Positions 37,848 through 48,050 are shown, numbered from the stretch's first letter. The stretch: 64,000 nucleotides of DNA from Candidatus Zixiibacteriota bacterium (GCA_043819555.1 JBDREQ010000025.1:162244-226243), one strand, 5' to 3'. Made by a program: numbers and translations. The notes: generated from the letters alone by a model not told the origin.

Positions 37848-39215
37848 ATGACCCCATTGGACTACCTCAAAGAACAGGAAACTAATTCCCTGGAACAATT
37901 GAAAGAACTCCTGCGAATTCCCAGCGTCAGCGCCCAGTCGGCTTATAAGGAAGATATGATACAATGCGCCAAATGGATTTCCGCATATATGAATAAGATC
38001 GGTGTTGAATCTGAAATCATGGAAACAGGAGGACATCCGGTGGTTTATGGCGAACATTGCCAGGTTGGCGGTGCGCCGACCGTTTTGATATATGGGCATT
38101 ACGATGTCCAACCTCCCGAACCGCTCAATCTCTGGCAATCCGGTCCATTTGATCCGATCGAAAAGAACGGTTATCTCTGGGCTCGAGGATCGACCGATGA
38201 CAAAGGCCAGCTATTTACTCATATTAAAGGTGTGGAATCATATCTCAAAACAGTTGGTTCTCTGCCGATGAATGTTAAATTTCTAATTGAAGGCGAAGAG
38301 GAAGTAGCCTCGGAAAATCTTCCGCCTTTTGTCGAAAATTATAAAGAAAAACTCAAAGCCAACGTTGTACTGGTGTCCGACGGAGCCCAATATGGAATCG
38401 GTATGCCGGCCATAAATTATGGCCTTCGCGGTATCGCGGCTGTCGAAATCAAGGTTATCGGACCAAATAAAGATTTGCATTCAGGCAGCTATGGTGGAGC
38501 CGTTGCCAACCCGATTAATATGCTGGCCAAAATGATCGCACAGCTTCACGATGATAATGGCGGCATTTTGATTGATGGTTTTTATGATGATACCTACACC
38601 ATGACTGACTGGGAAAAATCCGAATTCGGTAAGCTCCCCTTTGATGAAGAAAGTTATAGATCCTCGACCGGCGCCAAAAAACTCTGGGGCGAAAAAGAGT
38701 TTTCTGTTTTGGAAAGAAACTGGGTGCGTCCGACTCTTGATTGCAACGGTATAACCGGCGGATATCAGGGAGAAGGAGCCAAAACAATTATCCCTTCATG
38801 GGCATCGACCAAAATTACGATGCGTCTTGTTCCGAATATGCAGCCGGATGACATTTGCGATAAAATAGAGGCTTACCTTAAGAAGATTTGCCCCGATACG
38901 GTAAACCTTGAAGTAGTCAAACATGGCGGTGGCCGACCGGTTCAGGTTCCGACCGAAGGCCCCTGGCTTGACGCCGCGGCTCGGGCAATTAAGACCGGCT
39001 TTGGGAAAGAACCCTTCTTTACCAAAGAAGGCGGCTCAATTCCCATCGTGGAAACATTCAAAACCGTTTTAGGATTGGATACGCTTCTCGTTGGTTTCGG
39101 GCAAAAGGATGATAATGCCCATTCGCCCAACGAGAGATTCCGAATAGCTGATTTCTATTCAGGATGCCGCACCTCGGCGGCTCTGTTTGAAGAATTGGCG
39201 AAAGTAAAGGCATAG
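37848..39215 (+). CDS. M20-family dipeptidase (ArgE/DapE/CNDP-like)
   Basis: YGHYDVQP, ARGSTDDKGQ, EGEEE, DLHSG, AHSPNE. Confidence 0.92.
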   Translation: MTPLDYLKEQETNSLEQLKELLRIPSVSAQSAYKEDMIQCAKWISAYMNKIGVESEIMETGGHPVVYGEHCQVGGAPTVLIYGHYDVQPPEPLNLWQSGPFDPIEKNGYLWARGSTDDKGQLFTHIKGVESYLKTVGSLPMNVKFLIEGEEEVASENLPPFVENYKEKLKANVVLVSDGAQYGIGMPAINYGLRGIAAVEIKVIGPNKDLHSGSYGGAVANPINMLAKMIAQLHDDNGGILIDGFYDDTYTMTDWEKSEFGKLPFDEESYRSSTGAKKLWGEKEFSVLERNWVRPTLDCNGITGGYQGEGAKTIIPSWASTKITMRLVPNMQPDDICDKIEAYLKKICPDTVNLEVVKHGGGRPVQVPTEGPWLDAAARAIKTGFGKEPFFTKEGGSIPIVETFKTVLGLDTLLVGFGQKDDNAHSPNERFRIADFYSGCRTSAALFEELAKVKA

Positions 39216-39219
39216 TATC

Positions 39220-40008
39220 ATGGATTTTGGATTAAACGATAAAGTTGCATTAGTGGCGGGAGCGTCAGCGGGATTAGGATTCGCCGCCGCGAAAACATTA
39301 TTTGAAGAAGGAACTCGAATCGCTATCTGTTCCAGTAATCAGGAGAGAATCGATAAGGCGGCGGCATCTCTCTCGGATGACACTGGTATAGTTTTGCCGG
39401 TTGTATGTGATCTCACCAGGGAAGACCAGATTAAGACTTTGATTGATAAAACGGAATCACATTTTGGCAAAATAGATATTCTAGTCACTAATTGTGGCGG
39501 GCCTCCTCTGGGGACTCATGAAAAATTAACCGAAAAGGAATGGGAACTGGCTTATAACCTTACCTTTATGTCGGCCATTCGATTAATTAACGGTTCTCTC
39601 CCGGGTATGAAAGACCGAAAATTCGGCCGCATCATTCTTATAACATCAATGGCCGCCAAACAACCGATTCCCAATCTGATGCTATCAAATTCGTATCGGG
39701 CTGGATTACTCGGTTTTGCCAAAACACTATCATTGGAAGTTGCCGAAAAAGGCATTACAGTTAATACTGTCCTTCCCGGATATACTGCGACCGAAAGACT
39801 CGATTACTTTGCCCAGGAGATAATCAAACAGACCGGGCAATCGCGGGAAGAAACATACAGTGGTTGGCAGCAAACTATACCGGTAAAGCGACTGGGCAAA
39901 CCGGAAGAATTAGGCGCATTGATAACCTTTTTGGCTTCCCATCAGGCGGCCTACATTACAGGTATCGCTATTGCCGCCGACGGTGGCCGGTCAGCGGGGA
40001 TAATCTGA
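39220..40008 (+). CDS. SDR family oxidoreductase (FabG-like)
   Basis: AGASAGLG, LVTNCGGP, SNSYRAG, VNTVLPGY, RLGKPEE, ADGG. Confidence 0.9.
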   Translation: MDFGLNDKVALVAGASAGLGFAAAKTLFEEGTRIAICSSNQERIDKAAASLSDDTGIVLPVVCDLTREDQIKTLIDKTESHFGKIDILVTNCGGPPLGTHEKLTEKEWELAYNLTFMSAIRLINGSLPGMKDRKFGRIILITSMAAKQPIPNLMLSNSYRAGLLGFAKTLSLEVAEKGITVNTVLPGYTATERLDYFAQEIIKQTGQSREETYSGWQQTIPVKRLGKPEELGALITFLASHQAAYITGIAIAADGGRSAGII

Positions 40009-40913
40009 AAATATCGAAATCTCTCAACAGTCCGCCACTATTGCTTCTTTTGGCGATTGCGCTGATACATCAGACTATAATGGGCGGCACCTTCATTGCC
40101 GCCCGTTATCTTTTGCTTCAAGCCGATCCTCTGGCGGTGGCATTCTTTCGCTTTTGCATTTCAGCGATAATACTATGTTCTATTGCTTTGCGAATAAGCA
40201 AAAACCGTAAATCTGTTCCTATTACATCCTCCGATAAGAAAAAAATTATCATCCTCGGTTTTGTCATAGTCATGCTCAATCAAACGCTATATCTTTTCGG
40301 ACAGAAATTAACCACTGCGGCCCACGGCGGAATTCTATTTGCGACAACGCCGGTCTTTGTCTATTTGATGGCTATGCGGCATTTGGGTGAAAAATGGTCG
40401 CTCAAAAAGGGATTGGGCATATTACTAACTGTGGCAGGGGCGGCCTTAATCTTTGGCGAAGATATCGTTGATTTTAGCGGCGACATGCTTTTTGGTAATA
40501 TCATCATAATGGTCGCCGTAGTCGCATGGGGATATTATACAGTCTATGGAAAGCCGCTGGTCCAAAAATACGGTGCTTTTCGGATTACAGCCTATTCGAT
40601 TGGTGCTGGAGCTATAATCTATTTTCCGATTGGAATCTGGCGAGCCGTCATAGCCGATCTTTCAAACATCGACGCTTATGGCTGGTGGGGATTATTATAT
40701 ATTTCAATTATGACTTCAGTCATAGGTTACAGTGTTTGGTACTGGTTTTTGAAGCACATGGAGGCGAGCCGGGCGGCCGTTCTCGTAAATATCCAACCGA
40801 TAATTGCCGCGATATTGGGTTATTATATTCTTGGGGAATCAATCAGCGGTTATTTTATACTCGGTGGCGTGATAATTATTGCAGGTGTGACCATTACTCA
40901 ATTAATCAAATGA
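40005..40913 (+). CDS. DMT/EamA family transporter (start uncertain: CTG 40005 or TTG 40041)
   Basis: About 10 TMs in two EamA repeats (AFFRF, TTPVF, HLGEK, ILGESIS). The ORF-track start at 39864 lies deep inside the SDR gene. Confidence 0.85.
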   Translation: MKISKSLNSPPLLLLLAIALIHQTIMGGTFIAARYLLLQADPLAVAFFRFCISAIILCSIALRISKNRKSVPITSSDKKKIIILGFVIVMLNQTLYLFGQKLTTAAHGGILFATTPVFVYLMAMRHLGEKWSLKKGLGILLTVAGAALIFGEDIVDFSGDMLFGNIIIMVAVVAWGYYTVYGKPLVQKYGAFRITAYSIGAGAIIYFPIGIWRAVIADLSNIDAYGWWGLLYISIMTSVIGYSVWYWFLKHMEASRAAVLVNIQPIIAAILGYYILGESISGYFILGGVIIIAGVTITQLIK

Positions 40914-40944
40914 GCGATCCGAATTGACTCCGGATCACTCATTT
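40908..40944 (-). terminator. Hairpin between the convergent EamA and aminopeptidase genes
   Basis: AAATGAGCGATCCG-N9-CGGATCACTCATTT; the single mismatch is a G-U pair on the minus strand. Confidence 0.6.
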
Positions 40945-40956
40945 ATTGCATATTAA

Positions 40957-42093
40957 TTAGATGCCTTTGCTTCTGAGCGCCGAAGCGGAAAATGATTTCT
41001 CAAGCTTTTTATCGACAAAAATACCATTCTTGCGAAAGAGTTTTCCATCAAAATAGATTTCTCCTCCGCCATATTCCTTGCGCTGAATTTGAACCAAATC
41101 CCAGTGAATGGCGGATTGGTTCCTATTGGGCGCTTCATCGTAGCATTGTCCGGGAGTGAAATGGAATGAACCCGCGATTTTTTCATCGAACAGAGTGTCT
41201 TTCATCGGATGCAGAATAAATGGATTGACTCCAATTGCGAATTCACCGATATATCGTGCGCCTTTATCAGTATCCAGAACATCATTAAGTTTTTTCGTGT
41301 TGTTGCCGCATTCGGCTTGAATAATTTTTCCGTTGCGAAACTCGAATCTAATTTTCTCAAATGTAAATCCATCTTTTAGCGAAGGGGTATTGTAGGTTAT
41401 ATACCCATTTACGCTGTCCCTGACCGGAGCTGTATAAACTTCACCATCAGGAATATTGCGTTCGCCATCGCATTTGACTACTCCGATACCTTTAATTGAA
41501 AAATTTAGATCGGTTCCTGGTGCGACGATATGCACCATATTAGTTTCGCGAAATTTGTTCACCAGCGGTGTCATCGCTCTCGACATTTTGGCATAATCCA
41601 GGCAGCAGACATCATAATAAAACTTCTCAAATGCTTCCTGACTGGTTTCGGCCAATTGGGCCATGGCATTATTGGGGTAACGCAGAACACACCAGCGGGT
41701 TCTCTTGACTCGCTGCTCGATATGGACCGGCTTGTAATAATGCGTTTGATTCATGCTCATTTGTTTGTTCGGAATATCGGCAAGATCAAAGGCGTTATCG
41801 GAACCGCGCAAACCCAAATAGGCATCGAACTCCTTCATAAGTCTAAGATGGAGTTTTCCGAATGCCTTAAATTGATTTTCGGAAGCTCCCATTATCCAAT
41901 TTCTTAAGATGGATTCATCGTTATAATACCAGAACGGTATGGCGCCGATTTTTGTTGTTTCTCTAATTAATTCCTTGGCGAGTTCCAGAGTTTCCTTTCC
42001 TTTGACCTCAATCATTATCTTCTCACCCTTTATTAGTTTACAAGAATAATGAATTAGATTTTTGGCGAGCGTTTCATTTCGTTTATCTTTCAT
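40957..42093 (-). CDS. M29 aminopeptidase (AmpS/AmpT type)
   Basis: NIPDGEVYTAP, YIGEFAIG, LFDEKIAGSFHFTPG, SAIHWD. Confidence 0.92.
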   Translation of the reverse strand: MKDKRNETLAKNLIHYSCKLIKGEKIMIEVKGKETLELAKELIRETTKIGAIPFWYYNDESILRNWIMGASENQFKAFGKLHLRLMKEFDAYLGLRGSDNAFDLADIPNKQMSMNQTHYYKPVHIEQRVKRTRWCVLRYPNNAMAQLAETSQEAFEKFYYDVCCLDYAKMSRAMTPLVNKFRETNMVHIVAPGTDLNFSIKGIGVVKCDGERNIPDGEVYTAPVRDSVNGYITYNTPSLKDGFTFEKIRFEFRNGKIIQAECGNNTKKLNDVLDTDKGARYIGEFAIGVNPFILHPMKDTLFDEKIAGSFHFTPGQCYDEAPNRNQSAIHWDLVQIQRKEYGGGEIYFDGKLFRKNGIFVDKKLEKSFSASALRSKGI

Positions 42094-42122
42094 CCTGACC
42101 TCTTATGTTGATTTTTGGCCCA

Positions 42123-42151
42123 ATAATAGCAGATTATTGGGGTGAAGGCAA
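42123..42151 (-). promoter_or_regulatory. Putative sigma70 promoter of the M29 aminopeptidase
   Basis: Minus strand TTGCCT-N17-TATTAT with a TG extension, 30 nt upstream of the ATG. Confidence 0.55.
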
Positions 42152-42459
42152 CCTCTATCCCCGGATATCTAAATAAACCCATTTAGATTGAGTTATAACT
42201 AAAAATAAACAAGGTGTCATGAATTACCCAACTTTTTATAATTATGCCTATTTATTTTTACGGTTGAATTGATTTATATAAGGATTACATATACGGGCAG
42301 AAATCTGACAATTTCGCACACTATAGATAATGAATTTGCCGATCTGAAATTTAATGGTAAATTTCAAATCTCGAGGAAAAAGCCGGCAAATCATCCCGTT
42401 GCCAAATGTTTTTGGTTTGCCTGGAAATCATTTTTCCGTCGACTGATGTGCTTATGATA

Positions 42460-42526
42460 TAATAATAAAGGCCACAGTTCGAAATGAATCGAACCGCGGC
42501 CTTTTTCTGTCAAACCCTTCTCAATT
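42460..42526 (-). ncRNA. Candidate ~65-nt small RNA
   Basis: Bounded by an ECF-type promoter (42529-42557) and a 16-bp terminator stem (42467-42504) that is perfect only on the minus strand. Contains no ORF. Confidence 0.5.
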
Positions 42527-42528
42527 AT

Positions 42529-42557
42529 TTAGACGCAAATTACATCCCTAAAGTTGC
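42529..42557 (-). promoter_or_regulatory. Putative ECF-sigma promoter
   Basis: Minus strand GCAACTTT...CGTCTAA (GCAAC-N17-CGTC), the same motif as at 35979. Confidence 0.55.
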
Positions 42558-42650
42558 ATTTTTAATTCAAGCCAATAGACTAATCCTTCAAAATATCTCA
42601 ATTTGCAAGATATTGATTAGCATGGAATTACTAATAATCTTTGAATGGCA

Positions 42651-42685
42651 ATAAAAAAAGCCCCTGTCGAACGGGGCTTTTTTAT
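42651..42685 (-). terminator. Intrinsic terminator of paralog 1
   Basis: ATAAAAAAAGCCCC-TGTCGAAC-GGGGCTTTTTTAT, just downstream of the stop at 42702. Confidence 0.85.
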
Positions 42686-42701
42686 GTTTAGTCTCCATGA
42701 A

Positions 42702-45269
42702 TTACTTCATTATAACAAGTTTTCCGATTTGATCCCCCATATCGGAAGAAACGTGCCAGAAATATAATCCGGTAACTACTGCCTGAGTATTGCGGCTAAT
42801 TACATCCCATTCTTCATGCTGAGTTCCCGGACCGCCTTCCGGGTAATAATGGTCTATTTCCTTAATCAGATCACCATCAATTGAATAAATCCGAATCATA
42901 CACACTTTGGGCAAGTTTGCAAAATTGATTACCCTTGTGCGTTCGGCAGACTTGGTACGATCCCGATTTTCATAGCCGGAGGCGGCATACCCGCCATCAA
43001 CACGATAAGGATTTGGATAGACCGATACTTTTAGCGAATTTTCCTCAACTTCTTCGCTTGAGGGAAGCGGGTAATCCCTGACAGCGTTTATAAGCGGCGA
43101 TGATTCAAGGGCACCCAGATCGTCTTTCAGAGAACCATAATCAAAAGCAGTCACTGAAAAATAATAGGGGATAGAGGGCTGTAAGTTTTTAATCACATAT
43201 TCATATTCGTAATATCTCATCCAGCCCTCGTCAGTTGTGTCTGTTATATCGCTTCTGGATGCATTGGGGTAAACCCGGTGAATCAAATCAGGATTTGATA
43301 AATCAGATTGACTCCAATCCTGTGGTCTGAAATAAACGAATTGCTGAGTGTTTGGATCAACAAAGTAGCTTAACTCATTGTAATAATCCAGCGGTTCAAA
43401 ATCAGGTCCATATAATATTTTCAGGCTATCACGAGTGAACGGAACTGACGTTTGCTCCCAGGTTTGTAGAATAGTATTATACTCATACCTTTTGTAGTCA
43501 TCCAAATCAAACGAGGTCAGTAAAATAAAATCTGAGGCCAAATCGGATAAAGAATAATAAACCCGGTATCCCTCAAAATCCTTTTTCCCTGAAAAAACAT
43601 CAATGGAATTTTCGCTGCGCTGTCCATTCCAGCGAATGGTAACCTCACCGTTGCCAGCCATTACCTTTATTTCGGGAGGCGGCGGAGGCGCGGCCCCACG
43701 AAAATCGGGTTCTCCGTCTCCCGCGTAATACACTTTCCGGCAATCAGGCAGCATACTATCGGGAGGTATTTCATCTTCAGTAAAATAAATTATGGAATCG
43801 GTTCCGGCGCACGACCAGTTATACCGGCCCGAATCCAGATCTCCGTCCGTATCGTATCCGGGATTGTCAAAGACCCAGGCCGCCCACCTCGCGTTTTTTC
43901 CAAAATCCTGAAAACTAAGTCTTTGGTAATAGGCATCAGGGTTATAGGCATCAAAATACTCAGCAAAATCATCGGGTGATTGATGAACATTATCGCCCGC
44001 CAGATACGCCAGAGTCACCGGCAAAGTGTCGCCCGGGTTGACGTCAAAAGGACCAAAAGAAAGCAGATATCGCGTGTCATAGCCGTCAGAAAAATCAATT
44101 GCCTGAGATGGCCGTGGCGGAGGGAGATATCCATCTCCGCCATGATTTACGGCAGAAAACAGTTGATCGTAGTCAAATTCAGGATGTGACATTACGTAAT
44201 ATTTGTTTCTGTCTCCAGTTGGCGTGCCGATATGACCGCCGCCGCCAAAATCTCTGAACGGGTCCTCATCCGTCCCGGCCATACGCGGTCCAAAATCGAG
44301 CGTCGGGTCGCCGTTTGAAATCCACCAATTAAAACTGTAATTCAGGTCTTTATTTGGAGAACGCACCACCCTTGTCCCGGTTGCGGCCACCAATGATCTG
44401 AAATCCCAAACCATTTCACCGCCCGATCTAATCGGATTGCCGTCATTATCGGCTATCCAGGCAATATTAACCCGGTCTTCATCAAAACTGAATCCGGGTG
44501 GCATGGCAACCGTTTGGCGAAAACCACAGATATCGTCGGTATGCCCGGCCTGCTCGGAAAGATGGAATACGTCAGCGTCGATATAAACAGCGATATACAA
44601 TTCGCGTAAGGGAAATACCCCGATATTGGTAATTTGATAATCAAATAGAATAAAATCCTCGGCGTAATCATAACTCCAGGCATAACTACTCTGACGAACA
44701 GCAATATTTAAAGGCTCATGCGGTCGGTTTTCTATGGGATCCGTTCCGGGAGAGCGGACGTTGGTATCCGTAAAAGTACAAATAAAATCCTGCTCCGAAA
44801 TTGCGTCGGTACTGTAATCAGTACGCGAAGGAAGATTGGAACGAACAATAATCGCTCCCGCAGGACCGGGGTCAGGCAGAAGTTCCAGCATTCCGCGGAC
44901 CCAGCCATCGGAGCCGGTCGACACCAGCGTATCACGGCCAACAATTGCTCCAATCCATAGCGCTCCTGCGTATAGATACTCAAGATCCGAATTGATCGGA
45001 AATTCGGCATTGGGACACGGTTCACCATCACATAAGAAACCGTCATCGCCAACTCCAAAAGTGCCATAATTGGTAATTGTCATTCCAAGTTTGCCAATAT
45101 TATGATAAGCGTATTGATTGTTTGGGTTTTCGACTGTCGGCCTTAATGCAGAATTACCATTCAATCCTGGCCGGGAGCCAAATTCCGACCGGCCAATTAC
45201 AGTATTTGTCAAACAAATTGTGAGGAAGATTACAAAAAGAAGACTCGAAATAGTGTTTTTTTGCAGCAT
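42702..45269 (-). CDS. Secreted protein of unknown function, paralog 1 (T9SS-like CTD)
   Basis: Signal peptide; HNIGKLGMTITNYG, YAWSYDYAEDF, DTDGDLDSG, DFRGAAPPPPP, FN3-like region, VYPNPYR...IGKLVIMK*. Confidence 0.85.
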   Translation of the reverse strand: MLQKNTISSLLFVIFLTICLTNTVIGRSEFGSRPGLNGNSALRPTVENPNNQYAYHNIGKLGMTITNYGTFGVGDDGFLCDGEPCPNAEFPINSDLEYLYAGALWIGAIVGRDTLVSTGSDGWVRGMLELLPDPGPAGAIIVRSNLPSRTDYSTDAISEQDFICTFTDTNVRSPGTDPIENRPHEPLNIAVRQSSYAWSYDYAEDFILFDYQITNIGVFPLRELYIAVYIDADVFHLSEQAGHTDDICGFRQTVAMPPGFSFDEDRVNIAWIADNDGNPIRSGGEMVWDFRSLVAATGTRVVRSPNKDLNYSFNWWISNGDPTLDFGPRMAGTDEDPFRDFGGGGHIGTPTGDRNKYYVMSHPEFDYDQLFSAVNHGGDGYLPPPRPSQAIDFSDGYDTRYLLSFGPFDVNPGDTLPVTLAYLAGDNVHQSPDDFAEYFDAYNPDAYYQRLSFQDFGKNARWAAWVFDNPGYDTDGDLDSGRYNWSCAGTDSIIYFTEDEIPPDSMLPDCRKVYYAGDGEPDFRGAAPPPPPEIKVMAGNGEVTIRWNGQRSENSIDVFSGKKDFEGYRVYYSLSDLASDFILLTSFDLDDYKRYEYNTILQTWEQTSVPFTRDSLKILYGPDFEPLDYYNELSYFVDPNTQQFVYFRPQDWSQSDLSNPDLIHRVYPNASRSDITDTTDEGWMRYYEYEYVIKNLQPSIPYYFSVTAFDYGSLKDDLGALESSPLINAVRDYPLPSSEEVEENSLKVSVYPNPYRVDGGYAASGYENRDRTKSAERTRVINFANLPKVCMIRIYSIDGDLIKEIDHYYPEGGPGTQHEEWDVISRNTQAVVTGLYFWHVSSDMGDQIGKLVIMK

Positions 45270-45434
45270 CTGTCACCCACTTTTTTAGTATTTAAGAATC
45301 GGGCTTGCTCATCACTTAATTAAATTGTTTCCCCAATTTAATATCTGATTATATTTGAATCAAGCGTTTTATTCTTAAGTTTGAACTCCTGAGGCTGGAT
45401 GGTAATAATTAAGTCAATCAATGTAAAGAATTAT

Positions 45435-45466
45435 AAAAAAAAACCAGCCCCTAAGGGACTGGTTTT
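45435..45466 (-). terminator. Intrinsic terminator of paralog 2
   Basis: Minus strand AAAACCAGTCCC-TTA-GGGGCTGGTTTTTTTTT, with one G-U pair. Confidence 0.85.
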
Positions 45467-45488
45467 ACTAATGATTCTTCAAAACACA

Positions 45489-48050
45489 TTATTTCATTAT
45501 GACCAGTTTCCCAATCTGTTCACCCATATCCGATTCCACATGCCACATATAAATTCCGGTAACAACCGCTTGAGTATTTCTGCTGATGACATCCCAGGTT
45601 TCATGTTGCGAACGGGGACCTCCATCAGGATAAGAATGTTCGAATTCCTTGATTAAATCACCGTCAATGGAATAAATCCTGATCGTGCAGACTTTTGGCA
45701 GATTCGCAAAATTGATAATGCGAGTCCGTTCGGCGGATTTGGTTCTATCCCGGTTTTCATATCCGGAAGCAGCGTATCCTCCATCGATCCGGTAGGGATT
45801 GGGATAGACAATTACACCCAGGCCTTCTTTTTCAACTATTTCTGAAGTCGTCAACGCGAAATCCTGAACGGCATTGATCAGAGGCGATGATTCCAGCGCC
45901 CCTAAATCTACTTTTAAAGAACCATAATCAAAAGCCGTAACCGAGAAATAGTATGGCACAGAAGGCTGAAGATTGTTTATTACATATTCGTATTCATAAT
46001 ATCTTAGCCAGCCCGCGTCAGTAGTATCAGATGGATCATCCTTGGAAGCGTTAGGATAAACGCGATGTATTAAGTTGGGATTGGATAAATCCGATTGATT
46101 CCAATCCTGTGGTACAAAATATACAAATTGATTATTGACGGGATCTTCAAAGTAATTTAATTCGTCATAATAATCTGAAGGTTCAAATCTCTGCCCATAT
46201 AAAACTTTAAGATCTTCGCGGGAAAACGGGACGCTGGTTTGCTCCCAAACCTCACGAACTGTGTTGTATTCAAATCGTTTATAGTCATCAACATCAAATG
46301 AAGTTAAAAGGACGAAATCAGATACTTTATTGGATAGTGAATAATAAACCCTGAATCCCTCAAAATCTCTCTTTCCGGAAAATACGTCAATGGCGTTCTG
46401 GGACATTTCACCGTTCCAGCGCAAAGTAATTTTCCCATGCTCCGGAATAACCGTAATTTCTGGAGGCGGCGGCGGCGCTGCGCCTCTGAAGTCAGGAACG
46501 CCATCTCCTTTATAATATATTTTAGTACATACGGGCAAAAGGGAATCCTCTGGCGTTACGCTCTCCGGAAAATACAATACAGAATCAGTCCCCTGGCATG
46601 ACCAGTTATATCTTCCCGAATCCAAATCTCCATCGGTATCATAACCGGGATTGTCATAAACCCAGTCGGCCCATCGAGCGTTTTTCCCAAAATCGGTGAA
46701 ATCCAATTTATTATAAAAACCGTCAGGATTATACGCGTCAAAATACTGCGCAAAATCTCCGGGTCCTTTATGAAGGCTATCACCCGCCAGATACGCCAGA
46801 GTTATTGGCAGCGTGTCACCGGGGCCTACATCAAAAGGTCCAAACGAAAGCAGATAGCGAGTATCAAATCCATCGGCAAAATCAATTGCCAGGCCGGGTG
46901 GGGGCGGAGGTAAAAATCCCTGGTTAGTTTTGCCCACAGCGCTATACAATTGATCGTAATCGAATTCCTCATGTCGCATCAAATAGTATTTAACTTTGTC
47001 GCCAGTGGGAGTGCCGAGATGCGGTCCAAAAATATAAAAAGGATCCTCATCAGTTCCAGCCAAACGAGGGCCAAAATCCTGCAACGCATTTCCGTTAGAA
47101 ATCCACCAGTTAAAGCCATATTTTAAATCTTTATTTGGGGTTCTAATGACCCTGGTTCCTGTAGCCGCGACAGGTGATCTGAAATCCCAGACTAACTGTC
47201 CACCTGATCTAATCGGGTCACCATCATTATCGCAGATATAGGCAATATTGACTGTATCCTGATCGATTCCAAACCCCGCTGGCATATCAACCGTACGGCG
47301 GAATCCGCAAATGTCATCAAGGTAGCCGGTTTGTTGATTCGCGGCGTGCCAGACGTCCGCATCAACGTAAACAGCCATATATAGATTTGAAATCGGGAAA
47401 ACCCCTATATTGGTTATTTTATAGTCAAAGAGTACGAAATCTTCGGCATAATCATAACTCCAGGCATAGGTGGATTGCGTAACGGATACATTCAGAGGAA
47501 TGTGGGGTCTGTTGTCATTTCTGTCTACCCCGGCCTCATTGATATTGGTATCCGTGAAAACACAAATGTAATCCTGCTCTGATACCGCATCCGGGTCATA
47601 GTCAGTGCGAGAAGGTATATTTGATCGAAATCGGATAGCGCCGGCATTACCGGCATCCGGTAATAATTCCGATACTTGCTCCGCCCATCCATCAGCGCCT
47701 ATGGATACCAATGTATCTCGTCCGATAACAGCCCCAATCCAAAATGTTCCTGTAAAAAGATATTCGATATCAGAGTTAATCGGATATTCCGCAGAAGGGC
47801 ATATTTCTCCATCGCATGTACCGCTTACATAACCGGTACCAAAAGTCCCGAAGTTAGTTATTGTTAGGGCCAATTTGCCAATATCATGTACTGCGAATTG
47901 CTGGTTCGCTAATTCAACATTTGGTCTGAGTGACATGATTCTGGGATTTTCATTCAAATCATAAAGCGCTCTGGAATTGCCAACGCCTGTTAGACCAAGG
48001 GAAATAAAAAATAATATCCCCAACACCGTAAGAATGTTTTGCTGTCGCAT
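45489..48050 (-). CDS. Secreted protein of unknown function, paralog 2 (T9SS-like CTD)
   Basis: Colinear with paralog 1 over its full length, with the same motifs. Ends IGKLVIMK*. Confidence 0.85.
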   Translation of the reverse strand: MRQQNILTVLGILFFISLGLTGVGNSRALYDLNENPRIMSLRPNVELANQQFAVHDIGKLALTITNFGTFGTGYVSGTCDGEICPSAEYPINSDIEYLFTGTFWIGAVIGRDTLVSIGADGWAEQVSELLPDAGNAGAIRFRSNIPSRTDYDPDAVSEQDYICVFTDTNINEAGVDRNDNRPHIPLNVSVTQSTYAWSYDYAEDFVLFDYKITNIGVFPISNLYMAVYVDADVWHAANQQTGYLDDICGFRRTVDMPAGFGIDQDTVNIAYICDNDGDPIRSGGQLVWDFRSPVAATGTRVIRTPNKDLKYGFNWWISNGNALQDFGPRLAGTDEDPFYIFGPHLGTPTGDKVKYYLMRHEEFDYDQLYSAVGKTNQGFLPPPPPGLAIDFADGFDTRYLLSFGPFDVGPGDTLPITLAYLAGDSLHKGPGDFAQYFDAYNPDGFYNKLDFTDFGKNARWADWVYDNPGYDTDGDLDSGRYNWSCQGTDSVLYFPESVTPEDSLLPVCTKIYYKGDGVPDFRGAAPPPPPEITVIPEHGKITLRWNGEMSQNAIDVFSGKRDFEGFRVYYSLSNKVSDFVLLTSFDVDDYKRFEYNTVREVWEQTSVPFSREDLKVLYGQRFEPSDYYDELNYFEDPVNNQFVYFVPQDWNQSDLSNPNLIHRVYPNASKDDPSDTTDAGWLRYYEYEYVINNLQPSVPYYFSVTAFDYGSLKVDLGALESSPLINAVQDFALTTSEIVEKEGLGVIVYPNPYRIDGGYAASGYENRDRTKSAERTRIINFANLPKVCTIRIYSIDGDLIKEFEHSYPDGGPRSQHETWDVISRNTQAVVTGIYMWHVESDMGEQIGKLVIMK

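Noticed and set aside
42269..42457. 62-aa ORF in the long intergenic region
   Set aside because: TTG start without an SD, no recognisable motif, and local hairpins favour the opposite strand.
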